DNA of 58,804 nt, taken from positions 1 to 58,804 of IMG/VR virus record IMGVR_UViG_3300033150_000453. One strand, 5' to 3'. A program made the translations under genes and the position numbers. This DNA is from a virus (taxonomy: Duplodnaviria > Caudoviricetes). The notes under the pieces are model-generated. The model did not search any database, had not been told where the DNA came from, and was given only the letters and a program-made list of their open reading frames with translations. This document shows, piece after piece, positions 1 through 8,327 of the stretch. Positions within the stretch are counted from its first letter, which is position 1. The number at the start of each line of letters is the position of its first letter.

Positions 1-315
1 GGCATCTTGCCCGGCGGCGGTGTTACCCTGTACAACTTGAGCCGGAAGTTGGGCGAAGGCAGTACGGCTAGTTACATCTTGCGCCAAGCTTTGCAGGCTC
101 CGTTGAAGCAGATTATGGAGAACGCCGGCGTTGACTACGACTATAGTATGGTTGAGGACGGCATGGGCTACAACATTAAGACCGGAGAGTTTGGCGACAT
201 GATTGACATGGGCATCGTGGACCCGACGCGGGTCACGGTTACTGCTTTGCAGAACGCGGTCAGTGTGGCCATCACCATCCTTAGCACGAAAGCAATTATT
301 ACTTTGGCCCAATGA
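1..315 (+). CDS. groEL: Chaperonin GroEL, C-terminal part (5'-truncated by window)
   Basis: GILPGGGV...ALQAPLKQIMENAG...MIDMGIVDPTRVTVTALQNAVSVA matches the Cpn60 C-terminus; no GGM tail. Confidence 0.93.
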   Translation, partial: GILPGGGVTLYNLSRKLGEGSTASYILRQALQAPLKQIMENAGVDYDYSMVEDGMGYNIKTGEFGDMIDMGIVDPTRVTVTALQNAVSVAITILSTKAIITLAQ

Positions 316-545
316 GGGACGAGGTACTCGAGTATTTAGACAGCGCATTGTTCGCCGACGGCTTTGACGACGCCATCCTTGGTTTCACTGACGCGGGCGT
401 TGTTGTGTATGACGAGGGTCGGTGTTTGGAGATTCTAATGCTCAACGGCTTGGAGTATGACGAGGCATACGAGTTCTATACTTTCAATGTTGCGGGAGCT
501 TACGTCGGCCCCAAGACACCAATTTTTATTACATGCGTCCGATAG
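312..545 (+). CDS. Hypothetical protein (77 aa)
   Basis: Coupled to neighbours by overlaps; ADGFDDAILG...EAYEFYTFNVAGAYVG.TPIF resembles small proteins common in aquatic phages. Confidence 0.7.
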   Translation: MRDEVLEYLDSALFADGFDDAILGFTDAGVVVYDEGRCLEILMLNGLEYDEAYEFYTFNVAGAYVGPKTPIFITCVR

Positions 546-793
546 GAAAATACATTGTCCTCCAGCCCATCGAAGAGGAGGTGACGACAGAGAGCGGCTT
601 GTTGCTTAGCGGTGAGGACACCAGCCAGTTGCGATATGCTCGCGGCAAGGTTGTGGCAGCGGGCACGGATGTCGAAGCCATCCACGCTGATGAGGAGCTA
701 TACTACGACAAGCGCAGTGCGTACTCTATGATGATTGAGGATGTTAAGTACACCATCATCTCTGAGCGCGATGTTGTCGTTGTGCTTCATTGA
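533..793 (+). CDS. groES: Co-chaperonin GroES
   Basis: MRPIGKYIVLQPIEEEVTTESGLLL...GKVVAAG...YTIISERDVVVVL Cpn10 pattern, next to groEL. Confidence 0.9.
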   Translation: MRPIGKYIVLQPIEEEVTTESGLLLSGEDTSQLRYARGKVVAAGTDVEAIHADEELYYDKRSAYSMMIEDVKYTIISERDVVVVLH

Positions 794-1178
794 TTTGCAT
801 CATCACCTGCTTGTACATCTTGTCGGTGAATGAGCAGTCTCGCCTGAATACGGGGTTGTTCTGCGCCTCCATGGGATACTCTTTTCCTTCGAGCAGGGCG
901 TAGGCGTACCCTATTACGCGCTTGGCTTTGTAGGTCAGGTTGTATACCCCTAGCCTCGACTTAGACTCTACGGACACTTTCTCTACCCATCCGTTTTTGA
1001 CGAGGCGGTTGAAGCGGTCTTTGTCCCACGAGAAGGTCTTGTCGAACTCTTTGAACTTGGCTCGGGTGAAGTAGGGCTCATCGTAGAGGAAGATGAGCAT
1101 CTCTAGGTCGGGCTGGGAGATGCCGTATTTGGCATTGATGAAGTATCGGACGACCCTCCAGTACTTTAGATAGTTCAT
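756..1178 (-). CDS. Putative winged-helix (MarR-like) protein
   Basis: ATG at 1178 (MNYLKYWRVVRY); DLEMLIFLY...RFNRLVKNGWV...YNLTYKAK resembles a wHTH; TATCTTGT motif upstream on the - strand. Confidence 0.55.
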   Translation of the reverse strand: MNYLKYWRVVRYFINAKYGISQPDLEMLIFLYDEPYFTRAKFKEFDKTFSWDKDRFNRLVKNGWVEKVSVESKSRLGVYNLTYKAKRVIGYAYALLEGKEYPMEAQNNPVFRRDCSFTDKMYKQVMMQINEAQRQHRAQR

Positions 1179-1206
1179 TGTATTTTGGTCCCACAAGATA
1201 CTTGTT

Positions 1207-1584
1207 ATGGAAAAGAAGACTACGGTCAAGCGCACGGTTTACAAGAACCGTGGAGGCACAGGAAAGATGGTCGAGGTTTCCAAGGGCCGCAAAACCAAAA
1301 CCAAAACTCGCAATGTTCGCGGCGGCGCTACTGTCACCAAGACCAAGGTGAAGACCAAGGGCGAGAAGGACAAGGTGAAGACGCGTACCAGTTCTGTTGG
1401 TACGACCAAGACCACCAAGAACAAGAGTGCGACTGGGCGTAAGTACACGACCAAGGTCAAGACGACCAAGACCAACACTCGTACGGGTGTCGGTTACGGC
1501 CCTCAAACTTCTCGTGGAAAGCAGTCTAAAGGAGCTTCTGCTACGGCCAAAACTCGCCGGCGCGTTGTCAAGCGTCGTGGCTAA
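1207..1584 (+). CDS. Lys/Thr-rich highly basic protein
   Basis: 125 aa with KTKTK/TTKTTK low-complexity repeats and almost no acidic residues. Confidence 0.65.
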   Translation: MEKKTTVKRTVYKNRGGTGKMVEVSKGRKTKTKTRNVRGGATVTKTKVKTKGEKDKVKTRTSSVGTTKTTKNKSATGRKYTTKVKTTKTNTRTGVGYGPQTSRGKQSKGASATAKTRRRVVKRRG

Positions 1585-1655
1585 AGAGTTCTCTTACAAG
1601 ATGGTGGGCCTCGGCATGGTCGGGGCCTTCATCTGTCTTGTATATCTTGTAGTCC

Positions 1656-1805
1656 ATGGCGGGTAGAACCAAGAAGAAGAACAAGATTTGTCCGGCTGGT
1701 ATTGCTTGGGCTAAGCGGACTTTTGACCGCTACCCAAGCGCCTATGCCAACATGGCTGCGAGCAAGTACTGCAAGGACCCGAACTACGCAAAAAACAAGA
1801 AGTGA
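1656..1805 (+). CDS. Small basic protein (49 aa), not in ORF track
   Basis: Translated by hand: MAGRTKKKNKICPAGIAWAKRTFDRYPSAYANMAASKYCKDPNYAKNKK; TGA overlaps next ATG. Confidence 0.7.
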   Translation: MAGRTKKKNKICPAGIAWAKRTFDRYPSAYANMAASKYCKDPNYAKNKK

Positions 1806-2173
1806 TGCCGAGAAATTACCGAAAAGCTCAGAGGGAGCGCGACAAGAAGAAGCGGTCTCGAATTTCGAGAGGAACCAAGTCTTCCAAAACAGTTCCTTCG
1901 ACCAAGCCCAGCGGCACGGCCTCCGGGACTAAGTCTTCGCGCAAGAAGACTTATCTCGAAAAAACAAACGATAGGGCTAACCGTGTTGGCCGCTCGCCAT
2001 TCATATACGGCGTTGGCCCGAACAATCAAGGTGTCGTACAGAGAAAAGAACATTACATAGGTCATCAAGGAGTTGCGGTAGCTCATGGCCCTAAGCACAT
2101 CAAGCCGCTGAAGTCAAAGCCAGCGTCGCCTATTAAAGGCCGCGACATCCCCCTCCCCAAAAGCAAGTTCTGA
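1805..2173 (+). CDS. Basic hypothetical protein
   Basis: TGATG coupling at both ends; K/R/S-rich. Confidence 0.6.
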   Translation: MPRNYRKAQRERDKKKRSRISRGTKSSKTVPSTKPSGTASGTKSSRKKTYLEKTNDRANRVGRSPFIYGVGPNNQGVVQRKEHYIGHQGVAVAHGPKHIKPLKSKPASPIKGRDIPLPKSKF

Positions 2174-2256
2174 TGCCTAAGTATGGAAAGCCGTGTACGG
2201 CAAAGAACAAGCCCAAGGTTCGCAAGCCTAAGTCCAAGCCTTACGGCAAAAAGTAA
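2173..2256 (+). CDS. Basic micro-protein (27 aa), not in ORF track
   Basis: MPKYGKPCTAKNKPKVRKPKSKPYGKK fills the gap exactly, with TGATG and TAATG overlaps. Confidence 0.55.
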   Translation: MPKYGKPCTAKNKPKVRKPKSKPYGKK

Positions 2257-2498
2257 TGGGCGAGCTCAAGAAGTGGCGGGACGAGAAGTGGGTGCGCATC
2301 GGTACCGATGGCAGCATCAAGGGCGAGTGCGGCACGAGCAAGAACAAGAAGAACCCGGACAGGTGTTTGCCATTGGCTAAGGCCAAGCGTTTGAGCAAGG
2401 CCCAGCGTGCCAAGACGGCTCGGAAGAAAAAGGCTCAGGGTAAGCGCAAGCAGTTTGTCTCTAATACGAAAGCAGCCCGTGTCACCCGTGGTAGGTAA
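2256..2498 (+). CDS. Small basic protein, possibly DUF5872-like
   Basis: LKKWRDEKWVRIG...CG...RCLPLAKA pattern recalled from phage and giant-virus small proteins. Confidence 0.65.
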   Translation: MGELKKWRDEKWVRIGTDGSIKGECGTSKNKKNPDRCLPLAKAKRLSKAQRAKTARKKKAQGKRKQFVSNTKAARVTRGR

Positions 2499-2607
2499 GG
2501 TTTTGAAGTTCATGTCGCGCCGCATCCCGCGTTGGGTTGCGAAGGTGGCGGTCAACCGCGCTGTCAAGAAACTAAGGAAGAGACATGCCGCGAATAAACA
2601 GTCGTAA
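2488..2607 (+). CDS. Small basic hypothetical protein
   Basis: GTG start, VGKVLKFMSRRIPRWVAKVAVNRAVKKLRKRH; fills the gap before 2613; start uncertain. Confidence 0.4.
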   Translation: MVGKVLKFMSRRIPRWVAKVAVNRAVKKLRKRHAANKQS

Positions 2608-2612
2608 AAAAA

Positions 2613-4094
2613 ATGGCAATTCCAGCAGGAACTAAGTTTCACGGGGTGGCCTCCGGTGTAGATACGGACAACCGTGGTTCTCGTCGCAAGAATGATGACC
2701 GCAAGGCGTATTCTATAGAAGAAATTGCTGCCCCACCATTTCAGTATTCCAGTGGCCTTCCTGCGATTGCCACATTGACATTTTCTGGCTTGCCAGCAAA
2801 TGGTGAAACTCTAACGATTGGGGGCACTGTAATTACTTTTCGGACCGCGCTCACTGGTTCTGGCAATGAGATTAAAATTCAAAGTTCGGTCGGCAACCAG
2901 TCTAGTAGGATTGTAAATTTCTTTGGTAACTCCAAGCAAACCAGCTTCGACTACACCATTGAATCTGAATTCAGTGTAATTGCACTTGAAGCTCCCACTG
3001 ACGACAGTGTCATCAACCTTATTGCTAAGACGGCCGGCACATCGGGGAACTCTATTTCGGTTGCGACTACTATTGCGAACGCCACTTTAAGTGGGGCCAC
3101 ACTTTCGGGGGGAACCAATTCGGCGGCTTCTGTAAGCTCACTTAAAAATGCCTACGTAAACGCGGTTGCGGCTGAGGCACTCAGCCACTCAACGATTGTA
3201 TACCAAATTGGAGTTGACCAGACTACGGGGCTGCCCCTTGTTATAGACAACCCCGCTATCGCTCGCGGCGTAAATGCTAATACCGATGGCAATACGTACA
3301 CACCTATGGGCGTCGTTTATGACGAAAAGGTGGTGGACGGAACCTCTTCAGGCTTTAGTACAATTAGTCAAGGAGAGACCTTTAAGATTTGCTCTAACGG
3401 TATCGTACCTAAAGCTATAGTCTACACAGACGCGGCAACTGGGGCCCGCCCTCCTGCGGGCTCGACACTAACCGCAGGGGTGACAGGAGACATTCTTAGT
3501 GCCGATAGTGGTTCTGGACAGTCTATTGCCACTATGATTATTTCGGGCACTGCCTCCTCGTTTGTACAGGACGCGGTGGTTTACGTGAATGGAGGCATCG
3601 AAGACCCTTATTTGCGACCCACGCGCGACGGTGTGTCCAACCAAAGCACGGTGCGTTTACCCGCCATTGGTAACGCCGGTGTTACTGCGGGCTCTTTGGT
3701 TGTCCATGCCGGCAACACGTCGTCCGACGTTGGTAATGGTGTCGCCTTCGTCTCTAACGTTCGTCATTACACGAACACCGACGCCAACTTAGATATCCTT
3801 GGAATTTCCTCAGCCACAGTTTCTGGAAACGGCACCGATGATGGGATGGGTGTCTGTGCTCATGGGCTTGTTAACGCTACAGTTTATGACGCTTCGGGTA
3901 ATGTACTTACGAGCGAAACCGCAGGTCTCCTTAGCTCTGTTGTATACGCTGGCGACGGCACAACTAACGCCAGCCATCTGTTGACTACAGACAACACAAG
4001 CGGTGTGGCAGTAGGCATTATTTATGGGTACCCAATTCGGGGTGCTGCCGAAGTCAATAAATTCTCTATCCTTTTCCAGCCTTACAGACTGTAA
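2613..4094 (+). CDS. Putative virion decoration/fibre protein, paralogue 1
   Basis: G/S/T/A-rich 493 aa; N-terminal KFHGVASGVDT..GS.R.N..R and C-terminal SHLLTTD.TSG..VGII shared with paralogues. Confidence 0.7.
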   Translation: MAIPAGTKFHGVASGVDTDNRGSRRKNDDRKAYSIEEIAAPPFQYSSGLPAIATLTFSGLPANGETLTIGGTVITFRTALTGSGNEIKIQSSVGNQSSRIVNFFGNSKQTSFDYTIESEFSVIALEAPTDDSVINLIAKTAGTSGNSISVATTIANATLSGATLSGGTNSAASVSSLKNAYVNAVAAEALSHSTIVYQIGVDQTTGLPLVIDNPAIARGVNANTDGNTYTPMGVVYDEKVVDGTSSGFSTISQGETFKICSNGIVPKAIVYTDAATGARPPAGSTLTAGVTGDILSADSGSGQSIATMIISGTASSFVQDAVVYVNGGIEDPYLRPTRDGVSNQSTVRLPAIGNAGVTAGSLVVHAGNTSSDVGNGVAFVSNVRHYTNTDANLDILGISSATVSGNGTDDGMGVCAHGLVNATVYDASGNVLTSETAGLLSSVVYAGDGTTNASHLLTTDNTSGVAVGIIYGYPIRGAAEVNKFSILFQPYRL

Positions 4095-4099
4095 CAATA

Positions 4100-4390
4100 A
4101 TGCCGAGCAAAAAGGACATGCCCTGCAACAAGCCTCGTCGTAGTACGAGCAAGGGTAAGAAGATGATGGTCAAGGGATGCGAGGGCGGCAAGGAGAAAAT
4201 TATTCATTTCGGAGCGAAGGGCTATGGTCACAACTACAGTGCAGCGGCGCGTAAAAGTTTCAAGGCGCGGCACAAGTGCGGCTCAGCCAAGAGTAAACTC
4301 ACCGCTAGATACTGGGCCTGCAAGAAGCTGTGGGCTGGCCCCGGTGGAAGTACAAAGAGCAGCCCCAAAGGAAGACAGGGAAAGTATTAA
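4100..4390 (+). CDS. Small basic protein, possibly DUF5754-like
   Basis: KKMMV...KIIHFGAKGY...RKSFKARH...ARYWACKKLW pattern. Confidence 0.65.
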   Translation: MPSKKDMPCNKPRRSTSKGKKMMVKGCEGGKEKIIHFGAKGYGHNYSAAARKSFKARHKCGSAKSKLTARYWACKKLWAGPGGSTKSSPKGRQGKY

Positions 4391-4399
4391 CTTAGGACC

Positions 4400-4606
4400 A
4401 TGAAACAAGGTTACAACGCACGTCTCGACGAGGCTCTCGGGGCTCGCCACGGTAAGAAGTCTCAATCCATGAAAGCTCGCCGGGACGAGTCCAAGGGCAT
4501 GAGCAAAGCTTCTGGCGACAACCCATATGGTGGCGACCATTCTATGGAAGAGACCCGCCGGGTCCACAACGTCAAAGCGCATATTTCAAGCTGCATCCGC
4601 AAGTGA
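4400..4606 (+). CDS. Hypothetical protein
   Basis: ORF in the run of small late genes (MKQGYNARLDEALG...RRDESKGM). Confidence 0.6.
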   Translation: MKQGYNARLDEALGARHGKKSQSMKARRDESKGMSKASGDNPYGGDHSMEETRRVHNVKAHISSCIRK

Positions 4607-4746
4607 GGGGCTTAGGCGACACTATTGAAAAGGTCACCAAGGCTACGGGCGTCAAGTACGTGGTAGACAAAGTGTCTAAGGGTAAGGACTGCGGATGCGC
4701 GAGGCGACGTGACTCCTTGAATCGTCAATTTCCATTTGGTAAGTAA
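4603..4746 (+). CDS. Small protein with DCGC motif (47 aa), not in ORF track
   Basis: MRGLGDTIEKVTKATGVKYVVDKVSKGKDCGCARRRDSLNRQFPFGK; GTGA and TAATG overlaps. Confidence 0.7.
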   Translation: MRGLGDTIEKVTKATGVKYVVDKVSKGKDCGCARRRDSLNRQFPFGK

Positions 4747-5207
4747 TGGCATATCAAAAACTTCAAGTCGGGACCGGCGTCAAAGTCATCAAGTCCGACA
4801 CCATCGACGTCCCCAACGTCGCTGGCCCCAGTGTAAGCGGCACTGCCACTGCCACGACTACCAACAAACTCGTGGACAGCGGCGCGGCATTTAGCAGCAA
4901 CCTTGTAGGATTCATTGTCTACAACACAACTGATAGCACGGTAGCAAAGGTTACTGCTGTTGATTCTCCCACCCAGCTCACCTTGAGTGCCAATATTATG
5001 GCCAATGGTGAGAACTACACGCTGTATTCCGACACCAACCCCGGTTGCGTTCTTTATTCTGGCAGTGGAGGAGACATTGAGGTATTGACTTCTAGCGGCG
5101 CCTTGTTGTTATTCTCAACGGTTCCAGCAGGGTCTTTCCTTCCGGTTCAAGTGAAGCGCGTCTTGGCCAGCAATACCTCGGCAACCAACATTTTGGCTCT
5201 CTGGTAA
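4746..5207 (+). CDS. Putative virion structural protein
   Basis: Beta-rich 153 aa ending in VPAGSFLPVQVKRVLASNTSATNILALW. Confidence 0.65.
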   Translation: MAYQKLQVGTGVKVIKSDTIDVPNVAGPSVSGTATATTTNKLVDSGAAFSSNLVGFIVYNTTDSTVAKVTAVDSPTQLTLSANIMANGENYTLYSDTNPGCVLYSGSGGDIEVLTSSGALLLFSTVPAGSFLPVQVKRVLASNTSATNILALW

Positions 5208-5365
5208 TGCCGCTTGCGATTGCGATTTCCAATCAGATTCAGAGCCTGACGACCGGTAGCGGTGCCGCTCCGCAGCCCACCAACTTTATTATCCAGAACG
5301 GCACCCCGTCTCCAAATCGCATCGCGCTAAATCAAAACACCTCAGAATACCTTATCCAGAACTGA
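5207..5365 (+). CDS. Small protein (52 aa), not in ORF track
   Basis: MPLAIAISNQIQSL...SEYLIQN; TAATG and TGATG coupling. Confidence 0.6.
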   Translation: MPLAIAISNQIQSLTTGSGAAPQPTNFIIQNGTPSPNRIALNQNTSEYLIQN

Positions 5366-6069
5366 TGGCTGATAAGACAATTACAGACCTCAATGCTCTC
5401 ACGACGCCGGCGTCAACAGATGTCTTGGCCATCGTCGATGTTGCAGGTAACGAAACAAAAAAAATTGAGGTCGGCAATCTTGTCGACTCCGGGGTTACTC
5501 AGGTAGCTACCGGTACGGGTCTTACGGGTGGTCCGATTACCACGACGGGCACTATTGACCTTGCAAACACGGCCGTTACAGCCGGCTCCTACACGAGCGC
5601 GGACATTACTGTCGACGCTCAGGGACGCATTACGGCTGCTGCTAACGGCAGTGGGGGCGGAGGAGGCACGAACAACGTGATGATTCCTTACGCGTTTTTT
5701 GACAACAACGTGCGGGATGTATTCATTCCGATTACCAGCGAGTCGGAGCAAAGCAGTCGCCAGAGGTACAATAGGTTTGTTGCACCTTTCGCCGGGTCGC
5801 TCAAAGCCGCTACGTTTTATGGGACTTTGAACCTTAGCGGGGGCACCGGTTTTTCTCTGGGCATTCAGCTTATGCAAGCGGGTAGTGCAAGCAACTTCAC
5901 GACGCTAGAGACGCAGAGCGCACAGGGACTGACCAGCTATACGGCAACTACCCTGACGTTTTCGAGCAACAGTTTTTCCGCCGGCGACGTGCTGTATTTT
6001 TTCTTAACCAACGGCTTCGGAACGTCGTTTGGCAACATGACCGGAACCCTTTTATTTGAAGTATCATGA
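5365..6069 (+). CDS. Tail fibre-like protein
   Basis: MADKTITDLNALT N-terminus; GSYTSADITVDAQGRITAA fibre repeat; beta-rich tip. Confidence 0.75.
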   Translation: MADKTITDLNALTTPASTDVLAIVDVAGNETKKIEVGNLVDSGVTQVATGTGLTGGPITTTGTIDLANTAVTAGSYTSADITVDAQGRITAAANGSGGGGGTNNVMIPYAFFDNNVRDVFIPITSESEQSSRQRYNRFVAPFAGSLKAATFYGTLNLSGGTGFSLGIQLMQAGSASNFTTLETQSAQGLTSYTATTLTFSSNSFSAGDVLYFFLTNGFGTSFGNMTGTLLFEVS

Positions 6070-6218
6070 GCTGTTTGACGACTTGGACCCCAGAGACGCA
6101 GGAGGACTGCATTGACATCGAGCGCCTTGCTGCCGTCATCACGGAGATTGACGACAAACTGCACGACATCCTCGAGCGCCTTGAGGCCCTTGAAGGCGTC
6201 GGTAAAGCCTCAAAATAA
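6066..6218 (+). CDS. Small coiled-coil protein (50 aa), possible fibre chaperone, not in ORF track
   Basis: MSCLTTW...IERLAAVITEIDDKLHDILERLEALEG heptad pattern; ATGA and TAATG overlaps. Confidence 0.55.
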   Translation: MSCLTTWTPETQEDCIDIERLAAVITEIDDKLHDILERLEALEGVGKASK

Positions 6219-7216
6219 TGACCGAGCTTTCTCGAGACTCAAAGATTCACACCGTAGCGGCGGGTGTAGATACTCAAGACAAGGGTTCGGCTCGAACCAA
6301 CGCAAACCGCGAGGCGGTTACGGTGGACGACGTTGCTCGCGTAACCTGTTCGTTTAAGGCAGAAGTCTTTGGCAACTCGCCTAATTATACCAAATGCGTC
6401 TCATTCTACGGTACCGCAACCGATGGTTCACCGATAGTGCGGGGTAGTAACGGAAGCCCCGGCGCACTGACAAACCAACAGGTAGACTTCCCTAATGTTC
6501 TGGGCATTAACCTTGGCGCATCCAGCGGGCAAATTAATGACATAGTTAGCTACGGCGTTTTAGAGAATGTTGAGGTAATTGTCCTAGAAGGAGAAACTCC
6601 CCTGCTGGGTTCAATTCTCTATTCGGGCTCAGGACACGCTATTTATGGCAAGAGCGCCTCGGGGTACTACATTGATGCGGGGTCTATAGTTAGTTTGGGG
6701 ACGATTATAAAGGTGGGAAGCTTGGTGCGAAGCTTCTCGGGCTTTTTCGACGTCTATGCTTGCGACATTTTTGTCAACATGCCCGACCATGGCGCTATCC
6801 ATATGGACGGTGTTCCATACAAGCAAAGTCAAAGGTTTCGGGCTAAGGAAGACGTAGGTGTAGTTGCCGGAAACATCGTTAAGTTTGCACCCGGAGGGAA
6901 TCCCACGGGCACGGAAATGTTTGTATCAAACTGGGATGCTTCTAGTGATAGTACAGATTTAATCACGGGGGTTGTGTGCAATGAGCCAATAGGAATCTTT
7001 TGTACTGTAGCTACCAGCGGACTGATTAACCTGTCGCCCTCAATGATTGGCGGCGCTGCGCCAGTTTCGGGAGGCATTGTGTACGCCGACAACACCACGT
7101 CGCACCTCCTTACCACCGACTCTACAAGCGGAACAAAGATTGGTATTATCACGAATTTTCACCTCGCTCCATCTACACAAGCACCCTATGTTCGGATTCT
7201 GCTGAAGTTCATCTAA
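6218..7216 (+). CDS. Putative virion decoration/fibre protein, paralogue 2
   Basis: 332 aa, colinear with 7255..8256. Confidence 0.75.
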   Translation: MTELSRDSKIHTVAAGVDTQDKGSARTNANREAVTVDDVARVTCSFKAEVFGNSPNYTKCVSFYGTATDGSPIVRGSNGSPGALTNQQVDFPNVLGINLGASSGQINDIVSYGVLENVEVIVLEGETPLLGSILYSGSGHAIYGKSASGYYIDAGSIVSLGTIIKVGSLVRSFSGFFDVYACDIFVNMPDHGAIHMDGVPYKQSQRFRAKEDVGVVAGNIVKFAPGGNPTGTEMFVSNWDASSDSTDLITGVVCNEPIGIFCTVATSGLINLSPSMIGGAAPVSGGIVYADNTTSHLLTTDSTSGTKIGIITNFHLAPSTQAPYVRILLKFI

Positions 7217-7226
7217 TGAGCCCTCG

Positions 7227-7239
7227 TTATCTTTATCGG
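7227..7239 (+). promoter_or_regulatory. TTATCTTTATCGG motif, copy 1 (putative promoter -7 element)
   Basis: Intergenic; TATCTTTA is close to the Bacteroidota TAnnTTTG consensus. Confidence 0.6.
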
Positions 7240-7254
7240 TAAAGCCTCAAAATA

Positions 7255-8256
7255 ATGACCGAGCTTTCTCGAGACTCAAAGATTCACACCGTAGCAGCGG
7301 GTGTAGATACTCAAGACAAGGGTTCGGCTCGAACCAATGCAAACCGCGAGGCGGTTACGGTGGGGGATATCGCTCGTGTAACTAATGGGTTTACAGCAGA
7401 ACTTGGAAGCAACCTAACCACCTTTAGCAAACTCCTTGATATTTTTTCTCTGGGGGATAGTGGTTTCCCGAGGGTGATTGGTAGTAACGGAGACCCTACC
7501 GCAAGCACAAACAGGGGCTTAGCGTCTCCTCTAGCTCTTTGCCCTTCCGGAGTCAGCGGAGACATTATTGATGGAGTCGCTTCTGGTAAAGTAGAAAACT
7601 GTAACGTACTCGTTATAGAAGGAGAAACTCCGATTCTTGGGTCAACCTTGTATTCAGGTTTGAGCCACGCTATTTATGCTAAAAGCACTTCGGGGTATGT
7701 AAACAAGGTTTCGTCACTACTTAGTGTCGGTAAGATTATAAGTGAGGGTACCCTTAAACAAAGCTTTGCGGGTTTTTTCGATGTCTATACCTGCGACATA
7801 TTTGTCAACCTCCCCGTTTCCAACCCGGTTTTTATTGACGGTGTAGCGTACAAACAAAGTCAAAGGTTTCGGGCTCTTCCTGACACAGGCGCAGTGGCCG
7901 GTCATATCGTTAAGTTTTTACCAGATGGAGGAAGTAGTGACGCCGAATTTTTTGTAGGAAACTGGGATGCTTCTAGTGATAGTACAGATTTAATCGCAGG
8001 TGTTATATGTAATGAGCCCATTGATACCTACTGTACTATAGCGACTAACGGGCTAATTAACCTTCCAACGACAATGATTGGCGGGGCTGAAGCAAACGGC
8101 GGGGACATTATATACGCTGACAATACCACGTCTCACCTTCTTACGACTGACTCTGCCAGTGGCACAAAGATTGGGATTGTCACCAATACACGATACAATA
8201 GTGCTAGTCCTGAAGACCTTCCAGATTTCGTTCGGATTCTGCTGAAGTTCATCTGA
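7255..8256 (+). CDS. Putative virion decoration/fibre protein, paralogue 3
   Basis: 333 aa, same N-terminus and same C-terminal VRILLKFI as 6218..7216. Confidence 0.75.
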   Translation: MTELSRDSKIHTVAAGVDTQDKGSARTNANREAVTVGDIARVTNGFTAELGSNLTTFSKLLDIFSLGDSGFPRVIGSNGDPTASTNRGLASPLALCPSGVSGDIIDGVASGKVENCNVLVIEGETPILGSTLYSGLSHAIYAKSTSGYVNKVSSLLSVGKIISEGTLKQSFAGFFDVYTCDIFVNLPVSNPVFIDGVAYKQSQRFRALPDTGAVAGHIVKFLPDGGSSDAEFFVGNWDASSDSTDLIAGVICNEPIDTYCTIATNGLINLPTTMIGGAEANGGDIIYADNTTSHLLTTDSASGTKIGIVTNTRYNSASPEDLPDFVRILLKFI

Positions 8257-8266
8257 TTGGCCTTAA

Positions 8267-8279
8267 TTATCTTTATCGG
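8267..8279 (+). promoter_or_regulatory. TTATCTTTATCGG motif, copy 2
   Basis: Exact intergenic copy upstream of 8328. Confidence 0.6.
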
Positions 8280-8327
8280 AATAGTAGTGGTGCTGAGGCC
8301 GAGGGTTGGCTTCCAAACGAATAAGAC

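Larger units (their letters stand above)
6199..7363 (+). repeat. 128-bp direct repeat (6199-6326 and 7236-7363, 2 mismatches)
   Basis: Aligned by eye; covers the upstream leader and first 36 codons of both paralogues. Confidence 0.92.

Noticed and set aside
1239-1478. Val/Leu-rich membrane protein on the - strand
   Set aside because: Simply the reverse complement of the AAG/ACC repeats of the Lys/Thr-rich gene
6199-8256. Diversity-generating retroelement (TR/VR pair)
   Set aside because: No reverse transcriptase in the window; both copies are full genes and the differences are not adenine-specific
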